A stretch of 64,000 nucleotides of DNA, taken from the NCBI GenBank assembly GCA_964019425.1, contig OZ025782.1, forward strand, positions 868,001 to 932,000, in the 5' to 3' direction. Source of the DNA: Flectonema sp. DT1601 (taxonomy: Eukaryota). Below the pieces are notes generated by a model that saw only the letters and a list, made by a program, of their open reading frames with translations, was not told where the DNA came from and ran no database searches. Both the position numbers and the translations under genes were made by a program. Shown here in pieces: positions 36,761-47,152 of this stretch (positions within the stretch are counted from its first letter, which is position 1; every line of letters begins with the position of its first letter).

Positions 36761-38381
36761 AAACCTCCTGAAGATAGTGGGAGAAGACGGGATCCCGGAG
36801 CAAGAGAAGGAAAGAAGGGTGGCAAATCTCCTAATGGAGATCGTTCAATTCGTAGCTGGGTCAGAAGGTGGGAACCCGGAGATGAAGAGGAGGACACCGG
36901 ACACACTCGATGGGAGTGGTGGGACGGAAGCGACCGCGACGACGGCAGCAGAAGCGACGACACCCTCAACTACAGGTGTCAACCAACCAACTACAGGAGC
37001 ATCTACAGCTTCTAATCAACAAACGAGTACGAAGCCGTTCTCATTGCCGATACCGACAGCAATGAAGGACAATCAAACCACGAAGGGAAAGGCAAAAGCA
37101 AGCTACCCGGAGTGGCACATTCACGGTGCGTGGGCAGGCGCTGTGGCCACCATCAGTTACGACGTAGCAGCTAATGCTACAAACAACCTTACCTCTGGTC
37201 TTGTTTTAGTTCGTTCGAAGCTAGACTTAGAAGCACCCCGCCAAACAAAGAAGAGCGGCCGTTGGGCTGCTATCAGCAAAATCCCGCTCACAAAGAGCAC
37301 CGTTCCAGTAGCATTACCGGTGATAAAAAAGGGTGGCGTCTGCGAGATCAGGCGCGTATTTTACACGCATGTATTTGGTGACGACTTTTCTAAAGCAGCA
37401 ACTAGCCACCAGATTCCAACTCCCAACCCAGTTCTATTCATCCAAGACTGGGGAAAATCAGCTGAGAAAGAATTGACCGTCAAAACGACCGATATTCTAA
37501 AGAAATTGAAGATAAAGGCGGACCCCTTTAGCTACAGAAAGAACGAGTCCCACACCTCGATGGCTTTCAGAGTCCCCAGAAACCAAGTACACGAGGTTCT
37601 GGAATACAACAACAGCGAACCCGAAACTGACAAACCCAAGAATGTCTCTTTCAGAAACCCGAGTTGGTCGAACGGAAGTGACGTTTGGCCAACGTTGCAA
37701 TTCAAAAACGACCTTGGCTTCCTGGCAGCGAAGTCCAAGACTTCTGCACTTGATGAATTCAAAGGAAAATTCTACATGTGCAGGTTTAAAAGCTGTTTTG
37801 GACTCCGAGTCCACCCTGACTGTAATATCAGGGTCAGCATTAAGCTCAACGCGGCAATCAAGCCTGCACTGCCCTCGGGCGACAGGTTTGTTATAAATTC
37901 GATGGCGATTCGTAAGTACTCGACAGCGCAGATCAGCGACTTCTTGAAGTCCCCACACAACTGGGAACACACAGTTGTTGCTTCTTTCCATAAAGGAGGG
38001 AGTACTACAATTGTTGCAATTGCGAAATCTCAACCGCCCAACTTCGTAAGCATAGGTACTAATGAATACCTTGTGATAAACAAAGAAGTTAAACGAACTG
38101 ACAGAAAACCGCTAGGCCCAACCTACAACCCAGGCGACGCGGCTCAAAAACTAACGGGAACCCTGAAGAGACAAAAAACAACTCCTCAACCACAACAGCC
38201 AACTCAGCAGCCGACATCAGCACCAACACCAGCGCCAGCACCATCAGCACCAACACCAACGCCAGCACCAGCAACAGCACAAACAACAACACCGCCCACC
38301 GAATCTGCTGCTAAGCAGGATAGTGATAAAAACCGTGACGTAGAAATGGAAAGTAACGATTCGGACTTTGATCTCAACTGA
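36750..38381 (+). CDS. ORF1 of retrotransposon B (start codon uncertain)
   Basis: Long open frame upstream of the APE with T/P/A-rich termini. It ends at TGA in the same frame as ORF2. Confidence 0.75.
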   Translation: MCPINLLKIVGEDGIPEQEKERRVANLLMEIVQFVAGSEGGNPEMKRRTPDTLDGSGGTEATATTAAEATTPSTTGVNQPTTGASTASNQQTSTKPFSLPIPTAMKDNQTTKGKAKASYPEWHIHGAWAGAVATISYDVAANATNNLTSGLVLVRSKLDLEAPRQTKKSGRWAAISKIPLTKSTVPVALPVIKKGGVCEIRRVFYTHVFGDDFSKAATSHQIPTPNPVLFIQDWGKSAEKELTVKTTDILKKLKIKADPFSYRKNESHTSMAFRVPRNQVHEVLEYNNSEPETDKPKNVSFRNPSWSNGSDVWPTLQFKNDLGFLAAKSKTSALDEFKGKFYMCRFKSCFGLRVHPDCNIRVSIKLNAAIKPALPSGDRFVINSMAIRKYSTAQISDFLKSPHNWEHTVVASFHKGGSTTIVAIAKSQPPNFVSIGTNEYLVINKEVKRTDRKPLGPTYNPGDAAQKLTGTLKRQKTTPQPQQPTQQPTSAPTPAPAPSAPTPTPAPATAQTTTPPTESAAKQDSDKNRDVEMESNDSDFDLN

Positions 38382-41300
38382 CTAGATGACGATGAGGATG
38401 AACTCAGTCCGACCAACTCACTTGTGGAAAAGGATACGGCTCGTGAACTGCTGCTAAAGGCAGGCGACGTCGAACGCAACCCTGGCCCTGACAACTCTCT
38501 CATATCTCTACTGAGCTGGAACTGTCGATCGATGGGGAACAAAGGCGCTTATATTCACAAGCTGCTTAATGCCTATGCGCCTGACGTACTGTGCCTACAG
38601 GAGACTTGGACGAATGATGTAATTTCGCACACGGACTATTTCACCTATCGGAATGATAGGGCAACACGAGGTGGAGGGGTTATTTCTATGGTGAAAAAAT
38701 GCCACACTCAGCAGCGTTTGAACATGGAGCTTCCGCCACACTTAAATGATGTCGAGGTCGTGAAGGTCAACATAGGTGGAAAGATTGACATCATCAATGT
38801 TTATGCTCCCCCGGGATGCATGATCAGAGAGTCAGATCTTCCAGTCTCAACGAAAGCAATCGTCGCGGGTGACTTTAATGCCCATCATCCGGTGTGGTCA
38901 CTTAAATCGACGAGAGCAGGTTCAACTCTACATGCATGGGCAGCTCAAAATGATCTACTGGTTGCTAACAAGATGGGGTCAATCACAAGGCCTTTTCCTG
39001 ACGTCCCGGGGGGTGGTACCTCGCCAGATGTAGTATTCTTTTCAAACTCGATGGTTCTTGAAGAATTTAGTGCAATTGAAGAAGATAATAAACATGGGTC
39101 AGATCATCGACCTCTCTACACCGTACTGGATCCCATGTGCCAACTTGCACGGGCCACGATAGGTTCGAAGAAACGCGTTGTATGGGACTTCAAGTCTACG
39201 GACTGGAACTGCTTTGGGACCATGCTCGAAAAGAGAATTAGAAAATCAAGACTCTCCGATGATGCAACTGCGAATGCCAAGCTCTTTAACAACATACTGC
39301 ATGAAGTGGCGGCTAAATTCATTCGTCGACGTCTCCTTTTCAAAGGGAAACGGAGACGAAAGTGGAAGACGTCAACCCCTGATTCTACCAAATCGAAGGG
39401 TGCCCACCTACGTGATCAACTTGACAAGGGTAACAACTTTGCCTTTGCGTTTAAGAAGATCAAAGAACTGCAGCAAGATGCTGGTAAAGATATCAGTGTC
39501 AACAACATCTCTGACTGCGATCTACCATCAGCATTCTTGGACCTGTTTGTCTCGAAATCGGAAATATTATCGCTAGAGGCCCCCGCACTCTCAGAAGGTG
39601 ATAATGAAATAGATATTTGCTGTGATTTCACAATGGCTGAAATTAAAGCTGCGATTAAGAACCTGAAGACCCGCAAGGCTGCAGGACCTGATGGAGTTCA
39701 CAATGAGATGATCAAAAACTTCACTCCGGCAACAGTGGAATACCTCTTGAGAATTATTAACACTTCCTGGAAGACTTCAAAAGTACCGTACCAATGGAAA
39801 CAGGGACTAATCAAGCCCATGTTCAAGGCAGGGAAACCTCGTAATGAACTAAAGAGTTTCAGACCAATAACACTCACCTCGGTTGTTGGGAAACTTGCGG
39901 AGAGGCTCGTGTATGACCGACTCATGCACTGGCTCACAAAACATTCGTCGCTCAGCCCACTACAGGCTGGATTCAGAAAGGGGAGAAATACCTGCGAGCA
40001 GATCACCGTTCTAGTAGATGCTATCGTAAGGAGCCACATGGAAGAAAAGAGATCAGTGTTCTTGTCATTCGACTTTACTGCTGCGTTTGACAGGATCAAC
40101 CATAAGATACTTTTATTAAAATTAGTAAAGATGGGTGTTCCGAATGTTATTATCAGATGGATCACAGACTTTCTTACAAACAGGAAGGTTAGAGTTGAAG
40201 CGAATGGGTATTTTAGCGAATTCCGTACTCTGGCTAAGGGTTTCCCAGGGATCGATCCTGGGTCCTCTTCTCTATCTTATCTACGTTGATGACCTCTGCA
40301 AGATTTTGGAACTAGAGAAGGAAACAACGACGTCTGCTCTGTATGCGGATGACACAGCATGTGTGGTGTCAGGATCAAACATGGAAGAAGCTCTTTCGAA
40401 TGCTCAGTTAGTACTCGACAAAGTGGATCAATGGTGTTTTGAAAACGACATGGCCTTATCAGTCTCCAAAACCTGTGCGCTTAAGATGAATGTTCGCTCG
40501 AAGGGCATAGTACTAAACGATACGTGTAATCGCGAACTGCTTTTCTCTAGATCTGTTGAGGAACGCATGCTTAAACTTGACTATGGTGACATCGAGAAGC
40601 ATATCAATCTCAAATCACCCAGACCCATGCTTCAAAGTGGCGAAACTATTCTTGAAATTGGAGGAATCCCAATCAAGACACAAGAAGAACTCGACAACTT
40701 GATGCTGCAATACGTCGTTCGTGAGGACAGCATTATGGCTGTGAGAACAATATTCAAAACTGCCTTTCTGTTACCGATAGTCGACTCAGTAAAATACCTC
40801 GGGGTTCACATCGACGACAGGCTCACCTTCCACAAACAAGTAGGCAAGATTCACGAAGAATTAAAGAGGGGGATATCACTTCTGCAGTGCCTCCAGCCGT
40901 ACGAACTGGACTACAAGACTCTTAACATGGTTAAGAACCTTTATGTAACCGCGAGAATCTCGTATGCGCTTGACAGTTTTGGTTGGCTGATAAGCAGCAG
41001 CGTTGACAGCATCGACTTCGAACTGAGGAAGGTCGCCAGACTGGTTACTGGATGCAGCAAGTGTACGCCAAGAGAGTTACTGTTGTGGGAGTCTGACATG
41101 TATCCTTTTAAACGTCAGATTGAAAAGCAGACAAAAATTGCGTACTACCGGTATAAAGCCATGACTTGGATACCTAATACAAACAGACTCGCCTCAACAC
41201 AAAGCTACTGGGCTGGCCTAATCCCTGGCACTGATAGTCAGCGTGAAAGCCAGTGCCTTGTGCAGCCTGACTCGATGGAACCCTGGGTATCTCCGACGAA

Positions 41301-42243
41301 CCTTAGGATTAGCAACAGCTGCGGATTTCCGAAGTCCGCGAACCCTGCGGTGGACAAAGAAAAGTTCATGTCGTACATTGGAACGTTGCCTCCTGTCGAC
41401 ATGGTAATCAACTGCGATGGCTCCTACTCTGCTTCCGGCGCGGCCGGTGCGGCTCATATTGCCAAGTCACGTAGCGGCCTTCGATCTGCTTACGCGTCTA
41501 GGCTTTATCAAGCTGACTGCAGCTACAGGGCTGAACAACATGCTCTGAAGAACGCGGCTAGACATCTGAGAACAGTGTTTAGCAAAGATCGTTCAATGAA
41601 ATCTGTGAGGATATTCACGGACTCAAAATCCCTTCTGGATGAACTGCTGGGTGGAAGGTGCAGACAGAGGAATACCGAGTCCCTCAAGATACTGGAATAC
41701 CTGCGCATGTGTGAGATGAAAGTGCATTTGCAATTCATCCCCTCGCACATTGGAATCGAGTTTCACGATGAAGTTGACGCGCTTGCAAAGGAAGCAGCGC
41801 ACAACAAGAACATCCGACCTGTGCTAGTCAAAGGCACGTACTTCTCGCGATCATCACATGTGAAGCGCTGCATCAAAAAGGATCTGCTTAACGTGAGTGG
41901 TTACACCTGCTACAAACACCTCATCAGAGGCCGTTCCGTTAAATACCCTCCTGGGATGGAAAGAGCCGACGAGATACGGATAGCGAACTTCCGGACAGGA
42001 TGTCACCCGCTAATTCAGAACTGGCGCAAGACGATCGACTGCCCATTTTGTGGCGAACCGTCCTCACAGGTTCACCTGCTGCAGGGATGTCAATCTCCCA
42101 AACTCGACTCTGCCAGGTTCAAAATCCTGGGCTTCTCAACACTGACCGGCAAGGGGATCGCGATCGAGAACTTATTATTGCCAACGAAATTCCTAACCTT
42201 GAAGCTCTCTTCACTTTGGCATGGTTTCCATCACTCGCGTTGA
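38382..42243 (+). pseudogene. ORF2 of retrotransposon B (2A-APE-RT-RNH) with one frameshift near 40240
   Basis: LLLKAGDVERNPGP precedes the APE. The KGVPQGSILGP motif is split between ORFs 38424-40289 and 40135-42243. Confidence 0.9.
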
Positions 42244-42353
42244 TCATAAGGTGGATGGAACAAACATCTAACCTTAGACTTTGGAAGTAAAGTAGGTGAC
42301 ATGTAGTCGCCAATATCAATTTGTTATTATTTTAGTATTTTCATCATTATCAA

Positions 42354-42576
42354 TCATCTCCTGGTTGGGTAACTGCACATCACCTTCGGTGTTGTCGCAG
42401 TGTCTCATCCAACACTCCTGTCTCCTTCTTCTCCTATTCTCCTTATAAATTTCTCTTGAGGGCAGGCCTTCAGGCTGTTCAAGTGGTCTTTGACCTCCGC
42501 TCTAGTTATATGCTCGATTCTTTGTTTTCCTTATCGATGGTAGGAATGGTAACCGAATTAGCTTCATGTGTCCAAT
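42354..42576 (+). repeat. 3' copy of the terminal direct repeat of element B (3' UTR)
   Basis: Near-identical to 36537-36760. Confidence 0.95.
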
Positions 42577-42666
42577 TTCAAGGACGCGTGACCATTTATT
42601 TTTTTCCGTTGCCGCTCTTCTTACGTCCTCAGGCGGAGCCTACCTATGTTTCCCGTGTTTTCCAAT

Positions 42667-42761
42667 TTGTCAGACTTAAACCAAAAGAAAGTATAAAAGA
42701 AAGACAAAACAAAGAAGTGAAAAGAACAAAAACAAAGAGTCTGGAAGCACAGACGAGTGTA
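42667..42761 (+). repeat. Dispersed ~95-bp A-rich repeat, second copy at ~30397-30497
   Basis: ttgtcagactta...gtataaaagaaagacaaa...caaagagtctggaagcacagac is present at both loci. Confidence 0.85.
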
Positions 42762-42823
42762 ACCAAAAAAAAAGAAATTTATTTATTTATTTATTTATTA
42801 TAATAATAATAATAATAAAAAAG

Positions 42824-42862
42824 AACCAACGATTCTAAAGCTACAGTTTCTGTACTTTATTG
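42824..42862 (+). other. Complete 39-nt spliced-leader exon fused to a protein-coding sequence (retroposed mRNA 5' end)
   Basis: AACCAACGATTCTAAAGCTACAGTTTCTGTACTTTATTG; the 3' part CAGTTTCTGTACTTTATTG is the conserved kinetoplastid/diplonemid SL end. It is not followed by the SL intron or preceded by the SL-gene upstream sequence. Confidence 0.95.
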
Positions 42863-42874
42863 GGACCACACAAA

Positions 42875-44505
42875 ATGACTCCACGCGGCGGTCTCGGACG
42901 GCTGCGGCCGACAAAAAATTGTAGGGATGAAGCAAGAGGACGACCAGCTAACCGGACGCTCTCTAGCAAACAAAGGAACAAGCTTGCTCACACGATCAAC
43001 GGAAATGGGCCTAAGATAGAAGAAAGGGAAAGGCTGGACCGAGACAACACCCGGGTAGACCGGGGAGAAACAAGGAAGAAACCGGCGGAGAGGAGACTCA
43101 AGAAGCAGCAAGAGGACCAGGAGGAAGAGAGGAAGGAGCTGCTCAGCAAACATGAGCTCCTTGAAGCACAACAAAAGAAGCTGGACGAGCAGCACAGGCA
43201 GCAACAATTAGATCTCTTTCAGGAAAAGCTCCAACTGGAACAAGACTTGGAGGATCACAAGAATCAGCAAGTGGAGAAACAACAACTACTGGAACAACAA
43301 CACCAGCAGCAGCAGCTTGAGCTTCACCAAACGAAGCATCAGATGCAACAGGAACTGGAGAACCAACAACAACAACAGCATGAAAAGCAACAACAGCAGC
43401 AACAGCAACTTGACCATCAAGCCCAACAGCAGCAGGAAATTCAACAGCAGCAGCAACAGCAACTTGATCATCAAGTCCAACAACAGCATCTAAACCATCA
43501 ACAGAGCCAAGAAACTATTTAACCAACAACAGCAAGAATTGCTTAAGTTCAAGGCAGACCTCCAACAAAAACAGGAGATAATCCTGAACCAACAGCAGCA
43601 ACTCGAACAGCAGCACAGCAAGGAGAAGGATATCGAGAGAGAGTCTCTCCGCAGGAGAAGATGTCAACTCGAGGAAGACCACCGTCAACAGCAACTTGAA
43701 CAGTCCAGGATTCAACAGGAACTGCAACTGCAACAGACAAGCCTGGAGGAAAAACAGCATCTGCTACAACAGCAATTTAATGTGGAATTGGAAAAGGGTA
43801 AACTGGAGTTACTGGACTTACAGCAACAACTGGAGAAGAAAAACCAGGAAGGTTTGAAGGAGCAGGAGGTGGCTCTACAGCTTAAACAACGGCTGCTTAT
43901 CGAACAGCACAACAAGGAGAAGGATGACGGGAAGCAGGAGTTATTGGTCCTGCAACAGCAACTAAGCGAGCAACGTCTGCATGATCAGCAGCAACAGCAA
44001 CAGAGAAGCGAGGAGTTAAAGAAGCAAGAAGAAGACCTCGAACTTCAACGACTCCAACTGCAACGCCAGCAGGAGGATGAAATGGAGAAGGGCAGATATG
44101 AGCTCCAGAGTCTCAGGGACATGCTGGGTATGGAGTTTGAGGAACAGAAGACGTCACTAAAAATCCAAGGGGATAATCTTCGCCATCAGCAACAACAGCT
44201 CCAGCAACAACAGCAAATCTTCCAAGAAAAAGAAGAACGATTGGATCAGCACTACGTACACCAGCCTTATGCCACCGACACCAACCCCCACTACCAACTT
44301 CCTCAAGACCCCCGGTTTGATGAACTTCAGAGGGAGCTACGTCAGGAACGGGCCGAGAAAGGAGAACTTAGGGAGCTGCTGAGATCTCTTCAACACCAAC
44401 TGAAGGAAATGACGCAAGAACTTAACTTGCAGAGAATGGAAGCTCAGGAGCAGAGGGAGGCTGCCAAGAAAGAGTCACTGGGAATGCAAGCCCGCTACCT
44501 GCAGG
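42875..44505 (+). pseudogene. SL-capped processed copy of a Gln/Glu-rich coiled-coil gene, frameshift near 43515
   Basis: ATG at 42875, 12 nt after the SL. The Q/E-rich ORFs 42860-43522 and 43539-44519 are joined by a 1-nt insertion (gaaacta versus gaacta in the inverted copy). Confidence 0.85.
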
Positions 44506-45404
44506 AATTGCTGTTGTAGCAGATGCTGTTTTTCCTCCAGGCTTGCCTGTTGCAGTTGCAGTTCCTGTTGAATCCTGGACTGTTCAAGTTGCTGTTGACG
44601 GTGGTCTTCCTCGAGTTGACATCTTCTCCTGCGGAGAGACTCTCTCGATATCCTTCTCCTTGCTGTGCTGCTCGAGTTGCTGCTGTTGGTTCAGGATTAT
44701 CTCCTGTTTTTGTTGGAGGTCTGCCTTGAACTTAAGCAATTCTTGCTGTTGTTGGTTAAATAGTTCTTAGCTCTGTTGATGGTTTAGAAGCTGTTGTTGG
44801 ACTTGATGATCAAGTTGCTGTTGCTGCTGCTGTTGAATTTCCTGCTGCTATTGGGCTTGATGATCAAGTAGCTGTTGCTGCTGTTGTTGCTTTTCATGCT
44901 GTTGTTGTTGTTGGTTCTCCAGTTCCTGTTCCATCTGATGCTTCGTTTGGTGAAGCTCAAGCTGCTGCTGCTGGTGTTGTTGTTCCAGTAGTTGTTGTTT
45001 CTCCACTTGTTGATTCTTGTGATCCTCCAAGTCTTGTTCCAGTTGGAGCTTTTCCTGAAAGAGATCTAATTGTTGCTGCCTGTGCTGCTCGTCCTTCTTT
45101 TGTTGTGCTTCAAGGAGCTCATGTTTGCTGAGCAGCTCCTTCCTCTCTTCCTCCTGGTCCTCTTGCTGCTTCTTGAGTCTCCTCTCCGCCGGTTTCTTCC
45201 TCGTTTCTCCCCGGTCTACCCGGGTGTTGTCTCGGTCCAGCCTTTCCCTTTCTTCTATCTTAGGCATTTCCGTTGATCGTGTGAGCAAGCTTGTTCCTTT
45301 AGAGAGCGTCCGGTTAGCTGGTCGTCCTCTTACTTCATCCCTACAATTTTTTGTCGGCCGCAGCCGTCCGAGACCGCCGCGTGGAGGCATTTTGTGTGGT
45401 AACC
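44506..45404 (-). pseudogene. Inverted, unspliced copy of the same Q-rich gene (5' ~900 bp), with a trans-splice acceptor AG at 45406-45405
   Basis: The reverse complement matches 42863-43777 with small indels and stops. Upstream on the - strand is ttttatttattttAG|GGTTACCACACAAAATG. Confidence 0.85.
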
Positions 45405-45430
45405 CTAAAATAAATAAAAAATAATAAAAA

Positions 45431-45509
45431 GTTGCGATATCCCAGGGGTAGTGGTATAACCCTCGCCCTGGGGCTGGGTGATCGCTGGTTCGACCCCCTG
45501 CCACTGCAA
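45431..45509 (+). ncRNA. Degenerate tRNA-like element (A box TAGTGGTA, B box GGTTCGA)
   Basis: Box spacing and ctcgcc...tggg resemble tRNA-Pro/Gly, but the acceptor stem is imperfect. The opposite strand also resembles U1 snRNA (see findings). Confidence 0.4.
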
Positions 45510-45679
45510 TAACCCATCGCGCCTGTACGCAATTAGTTCAAATCCCGCGCCCGAAGGGCGTCCAGGGTAGACCTGGTAGACTCTCCTACGTTAAGACTGG
45601 AGGGAAGGGAAAATGGAAGGATTTCCATAAAGAGGCTAAGAACACACAAATAAATAAATAAAAAAAAAAAAGAAAATCC

Positions 45680-45759
45680 GGCAGGGCTGCACAGCCGAGT
45701 GGATACCTTAAATCTCTTCGGTAGCCGTGGCAAGGGTTCAATTCCCAGGCACATTTTTT
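45680..45759 (+). ncRNA. Degenerate tRNA-Leu/Ser-like element with an oligo-T terminator
   Basis: GCCGAGTGG A box, GGTTCAATTCCC B box, then T6. The cloverleaf is incomplete. Confidence 0.45.
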
Positions 45760-45803
45760 GTTTTTCAACCAGAAAAATTAGTAAGAAGAAAGTAGCAAGG
45801 AAA

Positions 45804-45872
45804 AGGGTACAAAATTGGACTTAACTTAACGTGAGCGAAGCGAGCGTAAAGTTAAGTTCAAATTTGTACCCT
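45804..45872. repeat. 69-nt imperfect palindrome centred on GCGAAGC
   Basis: agggtacaaaattggacttaacttaacg-tga-gcgaagc-gag-cgtaaagttaagttcaaatttgtaccct. Confidence 0.85.
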
Positions 45873-46142
45873 GGACGGGTACCTAGCCAGGGAATAAAAA
45901 CAGACGTGACTTGGTTGTAAAAATAATGTTTGTTCAGAAAGCTTAAAAAAAAAAATTGTGCGAGAAACGCGAGCCTGGAAGGGGTATCTCTAGTGCGGGT
46001 TTGCGGGTTTGCGGGTTAAGAATTGGTATTAAGAAACTAATAATCATAATGTTGGATTTACATTATGGGAACGCATCGAAAAATTCGATGCTTGGTGAAA
46101 CGGTGCTTTGGGATGCTGCAAATTACTGAAATATATTTAACA

Positions 46143-46168
46143 AAACTGTAGCTTTAGAATCGTTGGTT
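46143..46168 (-). pseudogene. Truncated SL RNA gene (first 26 nt of the exon, with conserved upstream flank)
   Basis: AACCAACGATTCTAAAGCTACAGTTT, preceded by the same ctaattacctggggtaact.ctttttaaggtt flank as the gene at 47265. Confidence 0.9.
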
Positions 46169-47152
46169 AACCTTAAAAAGTAGTTACCCCAGGTAATTAG
46201 AAATTACGTGGCTTTTAGAAATACTGCCAGTACTAACAGATATAACTCTCACTACTAACATCGTCCGCCTTTTCCGACGGCATCCAGAATCTCCCCTCTG
46301 CCTCCGACATACCTATCGCCCTTAGCGCGGCATCCTTCCGCGCTCTCAAATCTACGTGGCCTTTTCTTGGGTGTGCCAACCCGGTGCCTTGCACCCACAA
46401 CGACAGAAGACTCGTCGGCATCGAGAATTCATATGACATAATTTCAAACTTAAATGTACAAGTATGAAAAAACCCTGTGATAAAGCGTAAAGAATGACAA
46501 AATGGAAAAGTAAAACGATGAAGAATTTTTTGATATATTGAGGGACACGTTCCCAAGGATAACTTGTAATAATGCAAGCTTGTTTTATAACACACGGAAT
46601 TTGCACATCTGAAACAATTGTTAAATGTAAAATGCCTTATCTAGAGACAGTGTCTGCAGCCAGGTCGGCGCAACACTTTTTGCCCATGATCGGACTCGTC
46701 TAAATTGAGGAAAAATGATCGAAGATGAGAACTCAAACTTCATTGTACACTAGAGCAGAAAAGACAAAGGATGATATTACGTAATTTAAAACTGCCATTT
46801 GCAAGGTTCCCAAGGAAAGGTTTGCGGGAAATCACTTTGTAAACCAACTCTTGGAATGAATTGCAATCACGACACAATGCAAAAGGGAGAAAGCGGGGAG
46901 AGAGAAGCTGTCCAAACAGTTGAACAACTGATAACAAACTAATTTTTAATAATTAATTTGATTTCAGTATTCTTTAATAATATACCAACAAGTCAGACAT
47001 CAGAAGTACAGCGATAATCAATTACGACTTTCGGGGAAGAAAGCCAAAAAAAAAATATATTAAAAAATTTTACGTAAAAAAATAGGAAACACGGTAAGTC
47101 TTTGTACATTTCCTTCCACTTGGCAAACACAAGTCCACGGACAATAAAAAAA

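Larger units (their letters stand above)
36537..42576 (+). mobile_element. Apparently full-length non-LTR retrotransposon B (ORF1, 2A, APE-RT-RNase H) bounded by ~224-bp direct repeats
   Basis: ORF1 ends at 38381. ORF2 has SWNCRS, LQETW, GDFNAHH, GSDHRP (APE), YADD (RT) and CDGS/FTDSKS (RNase H). Terminal repeats at 36537-36760 and 42354-42576. Confidence 0.95.

Noticed and set aside
38379..38381. Genome-wide stop-codon reassignment as the explanation for in-frame stops
   Set aside because: Host genes in the window terminate normally at TAG, TAA and TGA.
40232..40260. G-GGT-TTC slippery heptamer at the ORF2 frameshift of element B, as a programmed -1 frameshift
   Set aside because: The continuation is in the +1 frame, the break falls inside the conserved GVPQGS motif, and elements A and C are intact there. 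A 2-nt deletion or assembly error is more likely.
42860..45300. CAG/CAA-rich arrays as satellite or CRISPR-like repeats, and Leu-rich antisense ORFs
   Set aside because: Explained by polyglutamine-rich coding sequence and its reverse complement.
46200..47150. 5S rRNA gene linked to the SL genes
   Set aside because: No 5S consensus could be recognised on either strand.
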